From: an uncultured Lachnospiraceae bacterium
GTDB lineage: Bacteria > Bacillota > Clostridia > Lachnospirales > Lachnospiraceae
Direction of reading: 5' to 3'
DNA: 53,801 nucleotides
Assembly: GCA_964618775.1 (NCBI GenBank)
Contig: CAZUDG010000002.1
Location: forward strand, 1-53,801
The notes under the pieces were generated by a model that saw only the letters and a list, made by a program, of their open reading frames with translations, did no database searches and was not told the origin of the DNA. Below, in pieces: positions 1-9,506 of the stretch. Numbering within the stretch: the first letter of the stretch is position 1; every line of letters starts with the position of its first letter. The translations under genes and the position numbers were made by a program.

Positions 1-74
<74 letters not shown>

Positions 75-82
75 TTTTACTT

Positions 83-155
<73 letters not shown>

Positions 156-185
156 TGTCTTTTTGCATTTTTGCAACAAGATGAT

Positions 186-258
186 GGGATATTAGCTCAG
201 TTGGTAGAGCACTTGACTTTTAATCAAGCTGTCCCGGGTTCGAGTCCCGGATGTCTCA
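186..258 (+). tRNA. tRNA-Lys (anticodon UUU)
   Basis: Acceptor GGGATAT/ATGTCTC (two G:U pairs), D-arm TAGCTCAGTTGGTAGAGC, anticodon stem CTTGA/TCAAG with loop CTTTTAA, T-arm CCGGG-TTCGAGT-CCCGG. Confidence 0.88.
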
Positions 259-300
259 TTAGTTATTAATATAATTTCAATAAAATGAAATGATTATATA

Positions 301-347
301 GATATAAAATAAGGAGGAAATGTCATCCTATTTTATATCTTTTTTTA
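301..347 (+). terminator. Rho-independent terminator of the tRNA cluster
   Basis: Hairpin GATATAAAATAAGGA / TCCTATTTTATATC (one bulge) followed by a run of seven T. Confidence 0.6.
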
Positions 348-450
348 TTACTTTTTAGAGAGCCATACAAAAGTCAATAATAGTATGATATAATTGTAAA
401 AGATGTGGTCAAAACTAATAATTAAAAGTATTTATTTTAGGAGGAATATA

Positions 451-2436
451 ATGAGTCGTATTGATGATTTATCAGTTAATGCTATACGTATATTATCAGC
501 AGATCAGGTACAAAAGGCAAATTCAGGTCACCCAGGCTTACCACTTGGTGCAGCTCCGATGGCATATGAGCTATTTGCAAAACATATGAAACATAATCCT
601 AGCAACCCTAAGTGGGCTAATAGAGATAGATTTATATTATCTGCAGGTCATGGTTCAGCAATGTTATATTCTATTTTACATCTATTTGGATATGAAGATT
701 CGCCAATAGAAGAATTAAGGAAGTTTAGACAACTTGGCTCATTAACACCGGGTCATCCTGAGTATGGAGACACCATAGGTGTTGAAGCAACGACAGGACC
801 TCTTGGTGCGGGAATGGCTAATGCCGTAGGAATGGCAATAGCAGAAGAACATTTAGCTGCTGTTTTTAATAAAAATGGATATCCTATAGTAGATCATTAT
901 ACATTTGCAATTGGTGGAGATGGTTGTATGATGGAAGGTATAACATCTGAGGCATTTTCACTAGCAGGCACATTGGGATTAAACAAGTTAATAGTTATGT
1001 ATGATTCAAATCAAATATCTATAGAGGGTGATACGGATGTAGTATTTGAGGAGAATGTACAAAAAAGGTTTGAAGCATATGGATTCCAGACTATAATGGT
1101 CGAAGATGGTACAGACCTAAAAGCAATAGATAAAGCCATTGAATTGGCAAAAGCAGAAAAAAATAAGCCAACTTTGATAACAGTTAAAACAGAAATCGGA
1201 TATGGCTCTGCAAAAGAAGGGCTTGCTAGTGCTCATGGAGAGCCACTTGGAGAAGATAATGTTGTAGGTCTAAGACAAAACCTAGATTGGCCATCGGAGA
1301 AAGCTTTTAATGTGCCAACAGAGATATATGACCATTATCAAGCTATAGCAAAAGAAAATGAAAAAATAGAAGAAGAATGGAATTCATTATTTGAAGAATA
1401 TAGCAAGAAATATCCACAAATGAAAGAGTTATGGAATAAATATCATGATGAAGATATAGCAGTGGATTTAATAGATAATGAAGAATTTTGGTCATATGGG
1501 GCAGATGCTGAAGCAACAAGAAGTATCTCAGGTAAGATAATTAATAGACTTAAAGATATCATACCAGGTATGGTAGGTGGTTCTGCGGATCTAAATCCTT
1601 CTACAAAAACTTACATGAACGATGAGGGAGGATTTAGCAAAGATAATCCTAAAGGGAGAAATATCCACTTTGGTGTTAGGGAATTAGCTATGGCTGGAAT
1701 AGGTAATGGTTTAACATTACATGGAGGTTTAAAACCTTTTGTTTCAACATTTTTTGTATTTAGTGATTATATGAAACCAATGATGAGGTTAGCATCTATA
1801 ATGAAAATACCAATGACCTATGTGTTCACTCATGACAGTATAGGAGTTGGAGAAGATGGCCCGACTCATGAGCCAATAGAGCAATTAACTATGTTGCGTG
1901 GAACACCTAATATGACGGTGTTTCGCCCTGCAGATGCTACAGAGACAATTGCAGGCTGGTACAATGCTATGACATCTAAGGAAACTCCTACAGCTTTAGT
2001 TTTAACTCGCCAAAATCTTCCTAGTCTTGATGGATCTAGTAAGGAAGCATTAAAGGGTGGATATATTATTGAAGATTCAAAAAAAGATGTTCCAGATGCC
2101 ATAATTATAGCAAGTGGTTCTGAAGTACAACTTGGTATTGAAGCAAAAGCAAAGTTAGAGACAGAAGGAATAGATGTAAGAGTAGTAAGCATGCCTTCAA
2201 TGGAATTATTTGAAAAACAATCAGAGGAATATAAGGAAAAGGTATTACCAAGGATTGTAAGAGCAAGAGTGGCAGTAGAAGCAGGATCAGCAACTTCTTG
2301 GGGTAAATACATTGGTTTAGATGGTGCCTATATATGTATGACGACATTTGGCGCATCAGGAAAAGCTGAAGAAGTATTTGAAGAATTTGGATTTACAACA
2401 GGTAATGTAATTAATACAGTTAAGTCTGTACTGTAA
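451..2436 (+). CDS. tkt: Transketolase
   Basis: Full-length match in pattern to bacterial Tkt (SGHPG, GDGCMMEG thiamine-diphosphate motif, GEDGPTHEPIE). The ATG at 451 sits 6 nt after the AGGAGGA RBS. The ORF-track start at 403 has no RBS. Confidence 0.95.
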   Translation: MSRIDDLSVNAIRILSADQVQKANSGHPGLPLGAAPMAYELFAKHMKHNPSNPKWANRDRFILSAGHGSAMLYSILHLFGYEDSPIEELRKFRQLGSLTPGHPEYGDTIGVEATTGPLGAGMANAVGMAIAEEHLAAVFNKNGYPIVDHYTFAIGGDGCMMEGITSEAFSLAGTLGLNKLIVMYDSNQISIEGDTDVVFEENVQKRFEAYGFQTIMVEDGTDLKAIDKAIELAKAEKNKPTLITVKTEIGYGSAKEGLASAHGEPLGEDNVVGLRQNLDWPSEKAFNVPTEIYDHYQAIAKENEKIEEEWNSLFEEYSKKYPQMKELWNKYHDEDIAVDLIDNEEFWSYGADAEATRSISGKIINRLKDIIPGMVGGSADLNPSTKTYMNDEGGFSKDNPKGRNIHFGVRELAMAGIGNGLTLHGGLKPFVSTFFVFSDYMKPMMRLASIMKIPMTYVFTHDSIGVGEDGPTHEPIEQLTMLRGTPNMTVFRPADATETIAGWYNAMTSKETPTALVLTRQNLPSLDGSSKEALKGGYIIEDSKKDVPDAIIIASGSEVQLGIEAKAKLETEGIDVRVVSMPSMELFEKQSEEYKEKVLPRIVRARVAVEAGSATSWGKYIGLDGAYICMTTFGASGKAEEVFEEFGFTTGNVINTVKSVL

Positions 2437-2490
2437 ATGTAAGATTATAATATAAAAAGAAATAAGTATTACAATCAATAATACAATTAT

Positions 2491-2560
2491 AAAATGCTCC
2501 TCTTAGGGTAAACAGTTTAGATAATAAAGCTGATATTCTAAGGAGGAGCATTTTATTTTT
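2491..2560 (+). terminator. Terminator after tkt
   Basis: AAAATGCTCCTCTTAG pairs with CTAAGGAGGAGCATTTT (one bulge, loop of about 31 nt), followed by TTTTATTTTT. Confidence 0.55.
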
Positions 2561-2809
2561 CATTATGTATTTCATGTAAGCTGATTATAAAAATTTATTA
2601 ATATTTTATTAAGATGGAATAATTCAAACAATGTTCATAATTTAGTGATATAATATACTTTGATAAGGAAAAAACATCTTGCATTAGTTAAAATGAACAA
2701 TATGTTTTTAAACTTATATTTTATTATATAAAAATTGTCTACAATAGATTGATAAAACTAAAGTAGAAGTATTTTAGAATTATTATTATTTGTATACAAG
2801 GAGGACGTA

Positions 2810-3733
2810 ATGAATTTACCAAAGCAATATTCAGATATTAAAAGCCTTAAAAAGGTTATGTTTTTATATGATTCTGCATTAAAAGAAATTGAAACAAAAA
2901 TTGAAGTTCTAAACAATGAGTTTAAAATAGCAAACAAATATAATCCAATAGAACATGTTACAACTCGCATTAAAACGCCACAAAGTATAGCAAAAAAACT
3001 TAGACATAACAATAAGGAGTTTACAATTGATAACATTATAAAGTACATAAATGATATAGCAGGGATTAGAATTATATGTTCCTTTAGATCAGATATTTTT
3101 CACATAGCGGAAGCTATATCTAAACAAAGTGACGTAAAGGTTCTTAAAATCAAAGATTATGTAACAAAACCTAAAGCGAATGGTTATGCTAGTTACCATA
3201 TGATTGTTTCCCTACCTATATACCTTACTAATGCCAAAATTGATACCAAAGTAGAAATTCAACTACGAACTATATCAATGGACTATTGGGCGAGCTTAGA
3301 ACACAAAATATATTATAAGTTTGAAGGCAATGCTCCGAATCATATACGTAAAGAATTGAAAGAATGTGCAGATATTGTTTCATTTTTAGATGAGAAAATG
3401 CTAGCTATCAACGATCAAGTCAAGGAATACAATATTACTTTGAATGATGAAGAAGATGAGGCCTTTCCAATTGAAGCTAACATGGTAGAATTATTTGGTC
3501 ATATATATGAAGATGAATATGAAAAACAAGATGAATCAAAAGTTGCTTATGGTGACTACTTATTAAAAGGTTATGATATTATTGATGCAGATAGTAAGGT
3601 CAAAAACCATAAAGAAACAAATTATCAGGGAGAAAAAGGCTTTAGAAAAGCTAAAGGAAATAGCAAAGAAAGTATATTTTCTGATAAAAAAGATAGAAGT
3701 TTATTAAGTTTTTTGAAGATGAATAATAGCTAG
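2810..3733 (+). CDS. Small alarmone synthetase (RelA/SpoT-domain GTP pyrophosphokinase, RelQ/RelP class) with a long C-terminal extension
   Basis: Synthetase-domain motifs are present: RIKTPQSIAKKL, DIAGIRIICSF, NGYASYHMIV, EIQLRTISMDYWASLEHKIYYK. RBS AAGGAGGA lies upstream. There is no hydrolase domain. Confidence 0.85.
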   Translation: MNLPKQYSDIKSLKKVMFLYDSALKEIETKIEVLNNEFKIANKYNPIEHVTTRIKTPQSIAKKLRHNNKEFTIDNIIKYINDIAGIRIICSFRSDIFHIAEAISKQSDVKVLKIKDYVTKPKANGYASYHMIVSLPIYLTNAKIDTKVEIQLRTISMDYWASLEHKIYYKFEGNAPNHIRKELKECADIVSFLDEKMLAINDQVKEYNITLNDEEDEAFPIEANMVELFGHIYEDEYEKQDESKVAYGDYLLKGYDIIDADSKVKNHKETNYQGEKGFRKAKGNSKESIFSDKKDRSLLSFLKMNNS

Positions 3734-3781
3734 AAAGTAATATTTAAACAAGTAACACACAAGTAAAATACAAATAATAAA

Positions 3782-3822
3782 GCCTGTAAATAAACTAAAA
3801 GTTAATTTGCAGGCATGTTTAT
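3782..3822. terminator. Hairpin between convergent genes (candidate bidirectional terminator)
   Basis: GCCTGTAAAT / ATTTGCAGGC forms a 10-bp stem (one G:U) with a 13-nt loop and T-rich flanks. Confidence 0.45.
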
Positions 3823-3867
3823 TATAAGTATATTTAAAGAATATATATTCATATTATTGGACTAAGA

Positions 3868-4980
3868 TTAATCTAAATTAAGGTCTTTTAATATGTCTCC
3901 AAGGCTTGTTGTTGCTTCTTCATCAGAAGTGAACTCGATTGCCTTTCTTTGTGGCATGCTATTTGATCTTTTATTAAACTTAGGTCTTGGTTTACTTGTA
4001 GGTCTTGCAGGAGAAGCACTGGTTTCATCAAGAGCTTTCATGCTTAAGTTAATTTTTCCATCTTTAATATCTAATACTTTTGCTTCAACTTCTTGCCCTT
4101 CTTTTACAATTTCGTTAGGGGATTTTACAAACTTATTAGAAAGCTGGGAAATATGAACTAATCCTGAAAGGCCTTGGCCTAGATTAATGAAAGCACCATA
4201 AGGTACAATACTATCTACAGTTCCTTTTACAATCGCACCTTTTTCAAGGCTAGCAAGTTTTTCTTGTTGAATTTCTTTTTGATTTTTAATTTCTACTTGT
4301 TTGCTAGATAGTACTAGTCTGTTTTTACTTTCTTCAACAGTAATAACGATAGCTTCAACTTCTTTATCTATCCATTCATCTAAGTTTTCTACGTAACGAA
4401 TTGAAAGTTGTGACGCAGGGATAAAACCTCTAATTCCATCTACATATGTTAGAACCCCACCTTTAACAGATTGGGTTATTTTAACGGTAAGCTCTGTTTC
4501 GTTATCCATATGATCTTTTAATTCTTCCCAGGCAAGGGCATAATCTGCTCTTTTTTTAGATAAAAGGATATTACCTTCCCCATCATCATCCTTAATAACT
4601 TCTGCAGAGATTTCATCACCTACTGAGACACCGTCCTTTAAAGAGAAATTAGGATCACCACTAAACTCATTAGCTGTAATCATTCCCTCTGCATAAGAAC
4701 CAAGGTCTAAAATTATCTCGGTATCAGAAACTCCAACAACTGAACCTTTAATGATATCACCAACATTTACTTTGTGGAAAGATTTATCTATTTGTTCTTC
4801 GAAATCATCCATGGAAGGAAGATTTTCTTCTTGAGCAAGCTCTTGGGTAGTGTCAGATACCTCTTCATTATTAATATCTTTAGCTTCTTCCTCAGTTTCT
4901 ATATCATCTTTCGTAGTTTTAGTTTCTAAATCTTCGTCAATAGTTTCATTAGTTAAATTATCTTGTTGATTCTCACTCAT
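3868..4980 (-). CDS. S1 RNA-binding domain protein (ribosomal protein S1-like, 3-4 S1 repeats) with acidic N-terminal and basic C-terminal tails
   Basis: Repeated S1/OB motifs are visible (GDIIKGSVVGV, GFIPASQLS, GAIVKGTVDSIVPYGAFINLGQGLSGLVHISQLS, VEAKVLDIKDGKINLSMK). The ATG at 4980 lies 6 nt after GGAG. The ORF-track start at 4992 is a TTG with no RBS. Confidence 0.8.
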   Translation of the reverse strand: MSENQQDNLTNETIDEDLETKTTKDDIETEEEAKDINNEEVSDTTQELAQEENLPSMDDFEEQIDKSFHKVNVGDIIKGSVVGVSDTEIILDLGSYAEGMITANEFSGDPNFSLKDGVSVGDEISAEVIKDDDGEGNILLSKKRADYALAWEELKDHMDNETELTVKITQSVKGGVLTYVDGIRGFIPASQLSIRYVENLDEWIDKEVEAIVITVEESKNRLVLSSKQVEIKNQKEIQQEKLASLEKGAIVKGTVDSIVPYGAFINLGQGLSGLVHISQLSNKFVKSPNEIVKEGQEVEAKVLDIKDGKINLSMKALDETSASPARPTSKPRPKFNKRSNSMPQRKAIEFTSDEEATTSLGDILKDLNLD

Positions 4981-5242
4981 GTTATACTCCAATCTGTGGC
5001 ACTTTCACCTATTTTATTTGGTATTACCTAATTTTAAACTTTATATTTAGAATTAAATAAAAACACTACTAATATTATAGCATAATTCGGAGTTTACACA
5101 AGTTATGAAATTAGATATACAAGATTATAAATACATTAAAATGTAATATATAACAATTCACCTTGGCTCATTGTTAATATAATAAATAGATGTTAAAATA
5201 AAAATATAAAAGTAGATATCAACCTAACCAAGAAGAGTAGAA

Positions 5243-6373
5243 ATGAGGGAAAGTATGAAGAAGGGAAAGAAACGATTGTTATTCCTACTACTAATTCCAA
5301 TTTCTTTATTAATAGTGGCCTTAGTAGATTATAATTACTGGATTGCAGAATACATATTTGCTCGCATAGTTTATAAATACTTATCTCAACCTATTAGTAA
5401 TATAATGGGTTTAATTCCCATTTCATTTATGGAGGTCTCTATTCTATTGATTATTCTCTTATTTATATTTCTTTTTATCTATTTGCTTAAGCTAGCATTC
5501 ATTGATGAGAATGTAAGAAAAGAGAAGTCTATTAATTTGATTATTAATGTTTCTTCTGGCTTTAGTATATTATTATTTATGTTTGTAATATTTGCAGGAA
5601 CAAATTATTATAGATATCCTTTTGCCGAAATAAGCAACATTACAGTCGAGGGTTCGACAGTAGATGAACTTTATCAACTAAATATTTACTTAGTCAAACA
5701 AGCTTATGAAACAAGAGAACAACTTGAACTACAGACAGAACATATTAATGAAGATGGGGTATTTGAGTTTTCAGATATACATTGGAGGGAGCTTACAAGT
5801 AAGGCTGAGAAAGCATTTGAAAATTTATCTATAGACCATCCTGTACTGTCTGGAAACTACGGTAAGCCTAAACCTGTTATAGCATCACAATTTATGTCAA
5901 GAATGGAGATCACAGGCATATTTTGGCCCTTTACCCTTGAAGCAAACATTAATGCACATGCCCCAGATCATACCATTCCTTCAACTATGGCTCATGAAAT
6001 GGCACATCAAAGAGGATTTATGAGGGAAGATGAGGCTAATTATATAGCTTACCTTGCATGCATAAGTTCTGATAGTTTGGTTTTTAAGTATAGTGGACTA
6101 ATGTTGGCACTTAATTCTGCAGGCAATGCACTGTATAATGAGGATCCCTTGCTTTATGTCCAAACAAGGGAACTTTATAATGAGGGAATGGTTGTCGACT
6201 TAAGGCATAAATCTAATTATTGGAATAAATATAAAGACACTGCAATAAGTATTGTATCCAACAAAATGAATGATACATATTTAAAAGCTAACAATCAAAA
6301 AGATGGAGTTAAAAGCTATGGAAGAATGGTTGATTTATTGCTAGTTGGACTTAAAGATGAATATTATTTATAA
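5243..6373 (+). CDS. Membrane protein with an HExxH zinc-metallopeptidase-like motif (recalls the DUF3810 family)
   Basis: Three or four N-terminal TM helices. The HEMAHQ motif is followed by EDEANYIAY. An alternative start at 5255 has a better RBS (GAGGGA). The family name is from memory and unverified. Confidence 0.6.
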   Translation: MRESMKKGKKRLLFLLLIPISLLIVALVDYNYWIAEYIFARIVYKYLSQPISNIMGLIPISFMEVSILLIILLFIFLFIYLLKLAFIDENVRKEKSINLIINVSSGFSILLFMFVIFAGTNYYRYPFAEISNITVEGSTVDELYQLNIYLVKQAYETREQLELQTEHINEDGVFEFSDIHWRELTSKAEKAFENLSIDHPVLSGNYGKPKPVIASQFMSRMEITGIFWPFTLEANINAHAPDHTIPSTMAHEMAHQRGFMREDEANYIAYLACISSDSLVFKYSGLMLALNSAGNALYNEDPLLYVQTRELYNEGMVVDLRHKSNYWNKYKDTAISIVSNKMNDTYLKANNQKDGVKSYGRMVDLLLVGLKDEYYL

Positions 6374-6397
6374 CTAGTATATAAATAAAGATACATA

Positions 6398-7150
6398 CTA
6401 GTAAGAATAAAGATAGGCCCGACCTTTATTCCCAATTTTATTTATAGCCCCAAGATGATTTAGAATATGTACAGTATATTGTGCATCTTTTAATTGTATT
6501 TTAGCTGCTTTCCTAAAATCCTTTACTGTAAACGGGGACTCTAAGTCACTTGGTATAAGCTGTATGTAATCATCCAATGATTCTAATCTCACTTCGTCGA
6601 CTAGCTTTGTTGGTATTCGGTCGCATTTTGTGGCACCACTTTTTTTGTCTTTACTCCAACCATCTAATAAACGATATTCATCCATATCCATAAGTAGTAA
6701 ATGAAAATTCAAGTTCGGGTGATTTAAAAAACTTTTTATCCTATATAATTCTCGAAAAATTAAATAAGGGGTCCCAGTTATAGTAGATTTACGCGGTTTA
6801 TTTATTTCACCGGTTTCATCATTTATCCAATGTATCATTTTGATATGGGCAATAGGATAAGCAATAGTAAGGGGCTGTAAATCCAGGAGAATGTTCAATT
6901 TTCTCCTTAATTGGTTGAAATTACGATTTTGTACTTCAATAATCCCTTTATCATTGATAATATCAGCATAAAAGCCTTCTATTTTAACTTCATGATTTTT
7001 AGGATTTGGTTCGATATATTTTTTTACAACAGCGTGTACTGTTTTTTCTGATAAGAGGCCTATATGTGAAGATTCTCCAATGACCCCATTTTTATCTATG
7101 GCGGTAGAAAGAACTTGTTTACATGTTTTATTAAATAAGATTTTGTCCAT
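6398..7150 (-). CDS. Conserved hypothetical protein, possible PD-(D/E)xK nuclease fold
   Basis: A clean 250-aa ORF. The segment GFYADIINDKGIIEVQNRNF has the D...E-x-Q/K spacing typical of restriction-endonuclease-like folds. No other domain was recognised. Confidence 0.4.
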   Translation of the reverse strand: MDKILFNKTCKQVLSTAIDKNGVIGESSHIGLLSEKTVHAVVKKYIEPNPKNHEVKIEGFYADIINDKGIIEVQNRNFNQLRRKLNILLDLQPLTIAYPIAHIKMIHWINDETGEINKPRKSTITGTPYLIFRELYRIKSFLNHPNLNFHLLLMDMDEYRLLDGWSKDKKSGATKCDRIPTKLVDEVRLESLDDYIQLIPSDLESPFTVKDFRKAAKIQLKDAQYTVHILNHLGAINKIGNKGRAYLYSY

Positions 7151-7295
7151 ATTTTAAAACACCCTTTTCAAATAGTATAACCTTATACTAACATAGTGGG
7201 GCATATTTTTTAAGTCTAGACTAGAATCCTTTTTAAATTTTTATAAAAGATATTTCAAAGATATATTAAAATACACATTACAAGGAGGCAAAATT

Positions 7296-8591
7296 ATGGA
7301 AAATAGTAATGCTAAAGAATTAATTGATTTTATAAATAAGGCTACCACTCCATATCATACTGTAAAAGAGGGAAAAAAATTATTAGATGAGGCAAAATTT
7401 ACTCAGCTAAATGTAAGAGATGAATGGGATCTTCAACCAGGAGAAAATTATTATGTGACTCCATTTGCTACATCATTATTTGCATTTACTATAGGTGATG
7501 ATTGGGAAGTAGGACAAAATATTAGAATAGGTGCAGCTCATACAGATAGTCCAGGATTTAGAGTGAAGCCTAATGGGGAAATGGAATCCAATGGGTATTT
7601 GAAGTTAAATACAGAAGTATATGGTGGGCCAATAATTAATACTTGGCTTGATAGGCCACTATCATTGGCAGGCAAGGTGGCAACAAAAAGCGATGATCCT
7701 TTTAAACCAAGCATGCAACTTTTTGATGTAAAGGAAGCACTTATTACCATTCCAAATTTGCCAGTTCATTTCAATAGAGAAGTTAATAAAGGCATTGAAC
7801 TAAACAAACAGATTGATACTCTTCCTCTTTTTTCAATGGAAAATGAAGACACAGATAAAGATAAGTTTTTCATTGAATATATAGCTAAAGAAATAGGTGT
7901 TAAAAAGGAAGAAATTCTAGATTATGATATATATGTATATAGTGTCGAAGAAGGAACAAGGCTTGGTATGAATAAAGAGTTTATATCAAGTCCTAGATTA
8001 GATAATTTGACATCTGTTCTTGCTTTATTAAAGGCTATTATAAAAGGAGTTAGAAGGGAAGGAATTAACTTAATAGCACTTTATGATAACGAAGAAATAG
8101 GAAGTAGAAGTAAACAAGGAGCAGATTCATCAACACTCAATCTATTAATAGAAAAGATATTTCGTGGACTTAAGTCTAAAGATGAGGAAAGATTATTTGA
8201 TGTTGCATTAGATAGTATGTTATTATCTGTAGATGTAGCTCATGGAACTCATCCTAATAGGCCAGATAAATACGATCCAAGTAATAAAACCAAATTAAAT
8301 CAGGGCATAATAATAAAAATAGATAGCAATCAAAAGTATGCTTTTGATACAGAAGCAGTAGCCATAGTACAACAAATATGTGAGAAATCAGGAATCAAAT
8401 ATCAGAAATTTGTAAACCGCTCTGATGTGGGTGGTGGAGGAACTTTGGGATCTATAATATCATCTTGGTTGCCTATAAAAACAGTTGATTTAGGAGTTCC
8501 TTTACTGGCTATGCATTCGGCTAGAGAGACAATGGGTTTATATGACCAGACATATTTGGAAAACCTTCTTTCTGCTTTTTTTGGATTGTAG
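7296..8591 (+). CDS. M18 family (aspartyl) aminopeptidase
   Basis: The AHTDSPGFRVKP motif, length of 431 aa, acidic metal-ligand regions (YDNEEIGS, DVAHGTHPN) and the C-terminal LAMHSARE motif all fit. RBS is AAGGAGG. Confidence 0.85.
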   Translation: MENSNAKELIDFINKATTPYHTVKEGKKLLDEAKFTQLNVRDEWDLQPGENYYVTPFATSLFAFTIGDDWEVGQNIRIGAAHTDSPGFRVKPNGEMESNGYLKLNTEVYGGPIINTWLDRPLSLAGKVATKSDDPFKPSMQLFDVKEALITIPNLPVHFNREVNKGIELNKQIDTLPLFSMENEDTDKDKFFIEYIAKEIGVKKEEILDYDIYVYSVEEGTRLGMNKEFISSPRLDNLTSVLALLKAIIKGVRREGINLIALYDNEEIGSRSKQGADSSTLNLLIEKIFRGLKSKDEERLFDVALDSMLLSVDVAHGTHPNRPDKYDPSNKTKLNQGIIIKIDSNQKYAFDTEAVAIVQQICEKSGIKYQKFVNRSDVGGGGTLGSIISSWLPIKTVDLGVPLLAMHSARETMGLYDQTYLENLLSAFFGL

Positions 8592-8634
8592 ACTGTTCAA
8601 TACTACTAAAAATTAAAATAAAAAAGCTTTTAGA

Positions 8635-8663
8635 TTGACAAAAATAACAAAAGGTGATAATAT
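8635..8663 (+). promoter_or_regulatory. Candidate sigma-A promoter (TTGACA, 17 nt, TG-n-TAATAT)
   Basis: Perfect -35 TTGACA at 8635-8640, a 17-nt spacer, and an extended -10 TGATAATAT at 8655-8663. Confidence 0.45.
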
Positions 8664-8669
8664 GGATTC

Positions 8670-8795
8670 AGTTTATAGGAGAAGTTAACCTTGTTCGTAG
8701 AGGTGCAATATGTGGGGGACGTACTGCAAATACTTTAACTTAATAGGACTAAGTGCTTATGTTTGAGAACATAAGTACTTAGTCCTATTTTTCTT
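8670..8795 (+). ncRNA. Candidate orphan small transcript (about 125 nt) between the promoter-like element and a 22-bp terminator; carries an 18-codon micro-ORF
   Basis: It is bounded by the promoter above and the hairpin at 8742-8789 plus T-run. No long ORF lies on this strand. The micro-ORF at 8710-8766 (MWGTYCKYFNLIGLSAYV) follows GAGGTG. Confidence 0.3.
8742..8795 (+). terminator. Strong Rho-independent terminator
   Basis: A 22-bp stem AATAGGACTAAGTGCTTATGTT / AACATAAGTACTTAGTCCTATT (one G:U) with the 4-nt loop TGAG, followed by TTTTTCTT. Confidence 0.8.
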
Positions 8796-8836
8796 GTAAA
8801 GATTTGAATATTTTAAGTTTAGCTATACTGTTGACT

Positions 8837-9070
8837 CTAGGTAGTGCATCCCATTTCTGATTGCTCACTATCTAACTCTTTTGCTTGTTTTAATAGGAAT
8901 TTATATCTTTTATGCATGGCATTCAATTCGTAAATATAACAGTCAATTAAATCTGGATCAGACACATTTTCAAAATTAGAATAGGCACTCTCAATTGCTA
9001 TTTTTGTTTTTTCGATATCAGAAATTAATGAACCATATTTTGACTCTTCTTTTTTGGAAAACAATTTCAT
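8837..9070 (-). CDS. yaaL: YaaL family protein (DUF2508)
   Basis: A 77-aa protein with the characteristic SAYSNFENVSDPDLIDCYIYELNAMHKRYKFLLKQAK pattern. It lies next to bofA, as in Bacillus. Confidence 0.75.
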   Translation of the reverse strand: MKLFSKKEESKYGSLISDIEKTKIAIESAYSNFENVSDPDLIDCYIYELNAMHKRYKFLLKQAKELDSEQSEMGCTT

Positions 9071-9208
9071 TTAGCATTCTCCTTCTTCTTAAAGTTAATA
9101 TTAAAGGATTATTTGTTATATTATTAGTATAGTCTTGGAAATAGAAGAATATACTACATTAGTTAGGAAATTATACCTTTATAAATATAAAATGGGAGGG
9201 ATATTGGC

Positions 9209-9493
9209 GTGGAATCAAATGTGGAAAGCAAAATATTGATTTTAATAGTAATAATTTGTCTAACACTATTAATTGTTAGTTTAATAAAAAAGAGATTTGA
9301 TCTAATAGTAAACTTCGGACTACGTATTTTTGCAGGCTTATTAGCTATTTATATATTAAACACTATACTAAAAGGATTTAATCTTGATTTAGCCGTTGGA
9401 ATGAATTCTCTTACAGCTTTGGTGGTGGGAGTATTAGGATTGCCAGGCTTTGCTTTACTATATGGACTAGCAATATATTTCTTTATAGTATAA
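9209..9493 (+). CDS. bofA: Pro-sigma-K processing inhibitor BofA
   Basis: A 94-aa two-TM protein with the BofA-type C-terminal pattern (GMNSLTALVVGVLGLPGFALLY). GTG start after GGGAGGGA. Confidence 0.8.
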   Translation: MESNVESKILILIVIICLTLLIVSLIKKRFDLIVNFGLRIFAGLLAIYILNTILKGFNLDLAVGMNSLTALVVGVLGLPGFALLYGLAIYFFIV

Positions 9494-9506
9494 ACAAATA
9501 TAAGCC

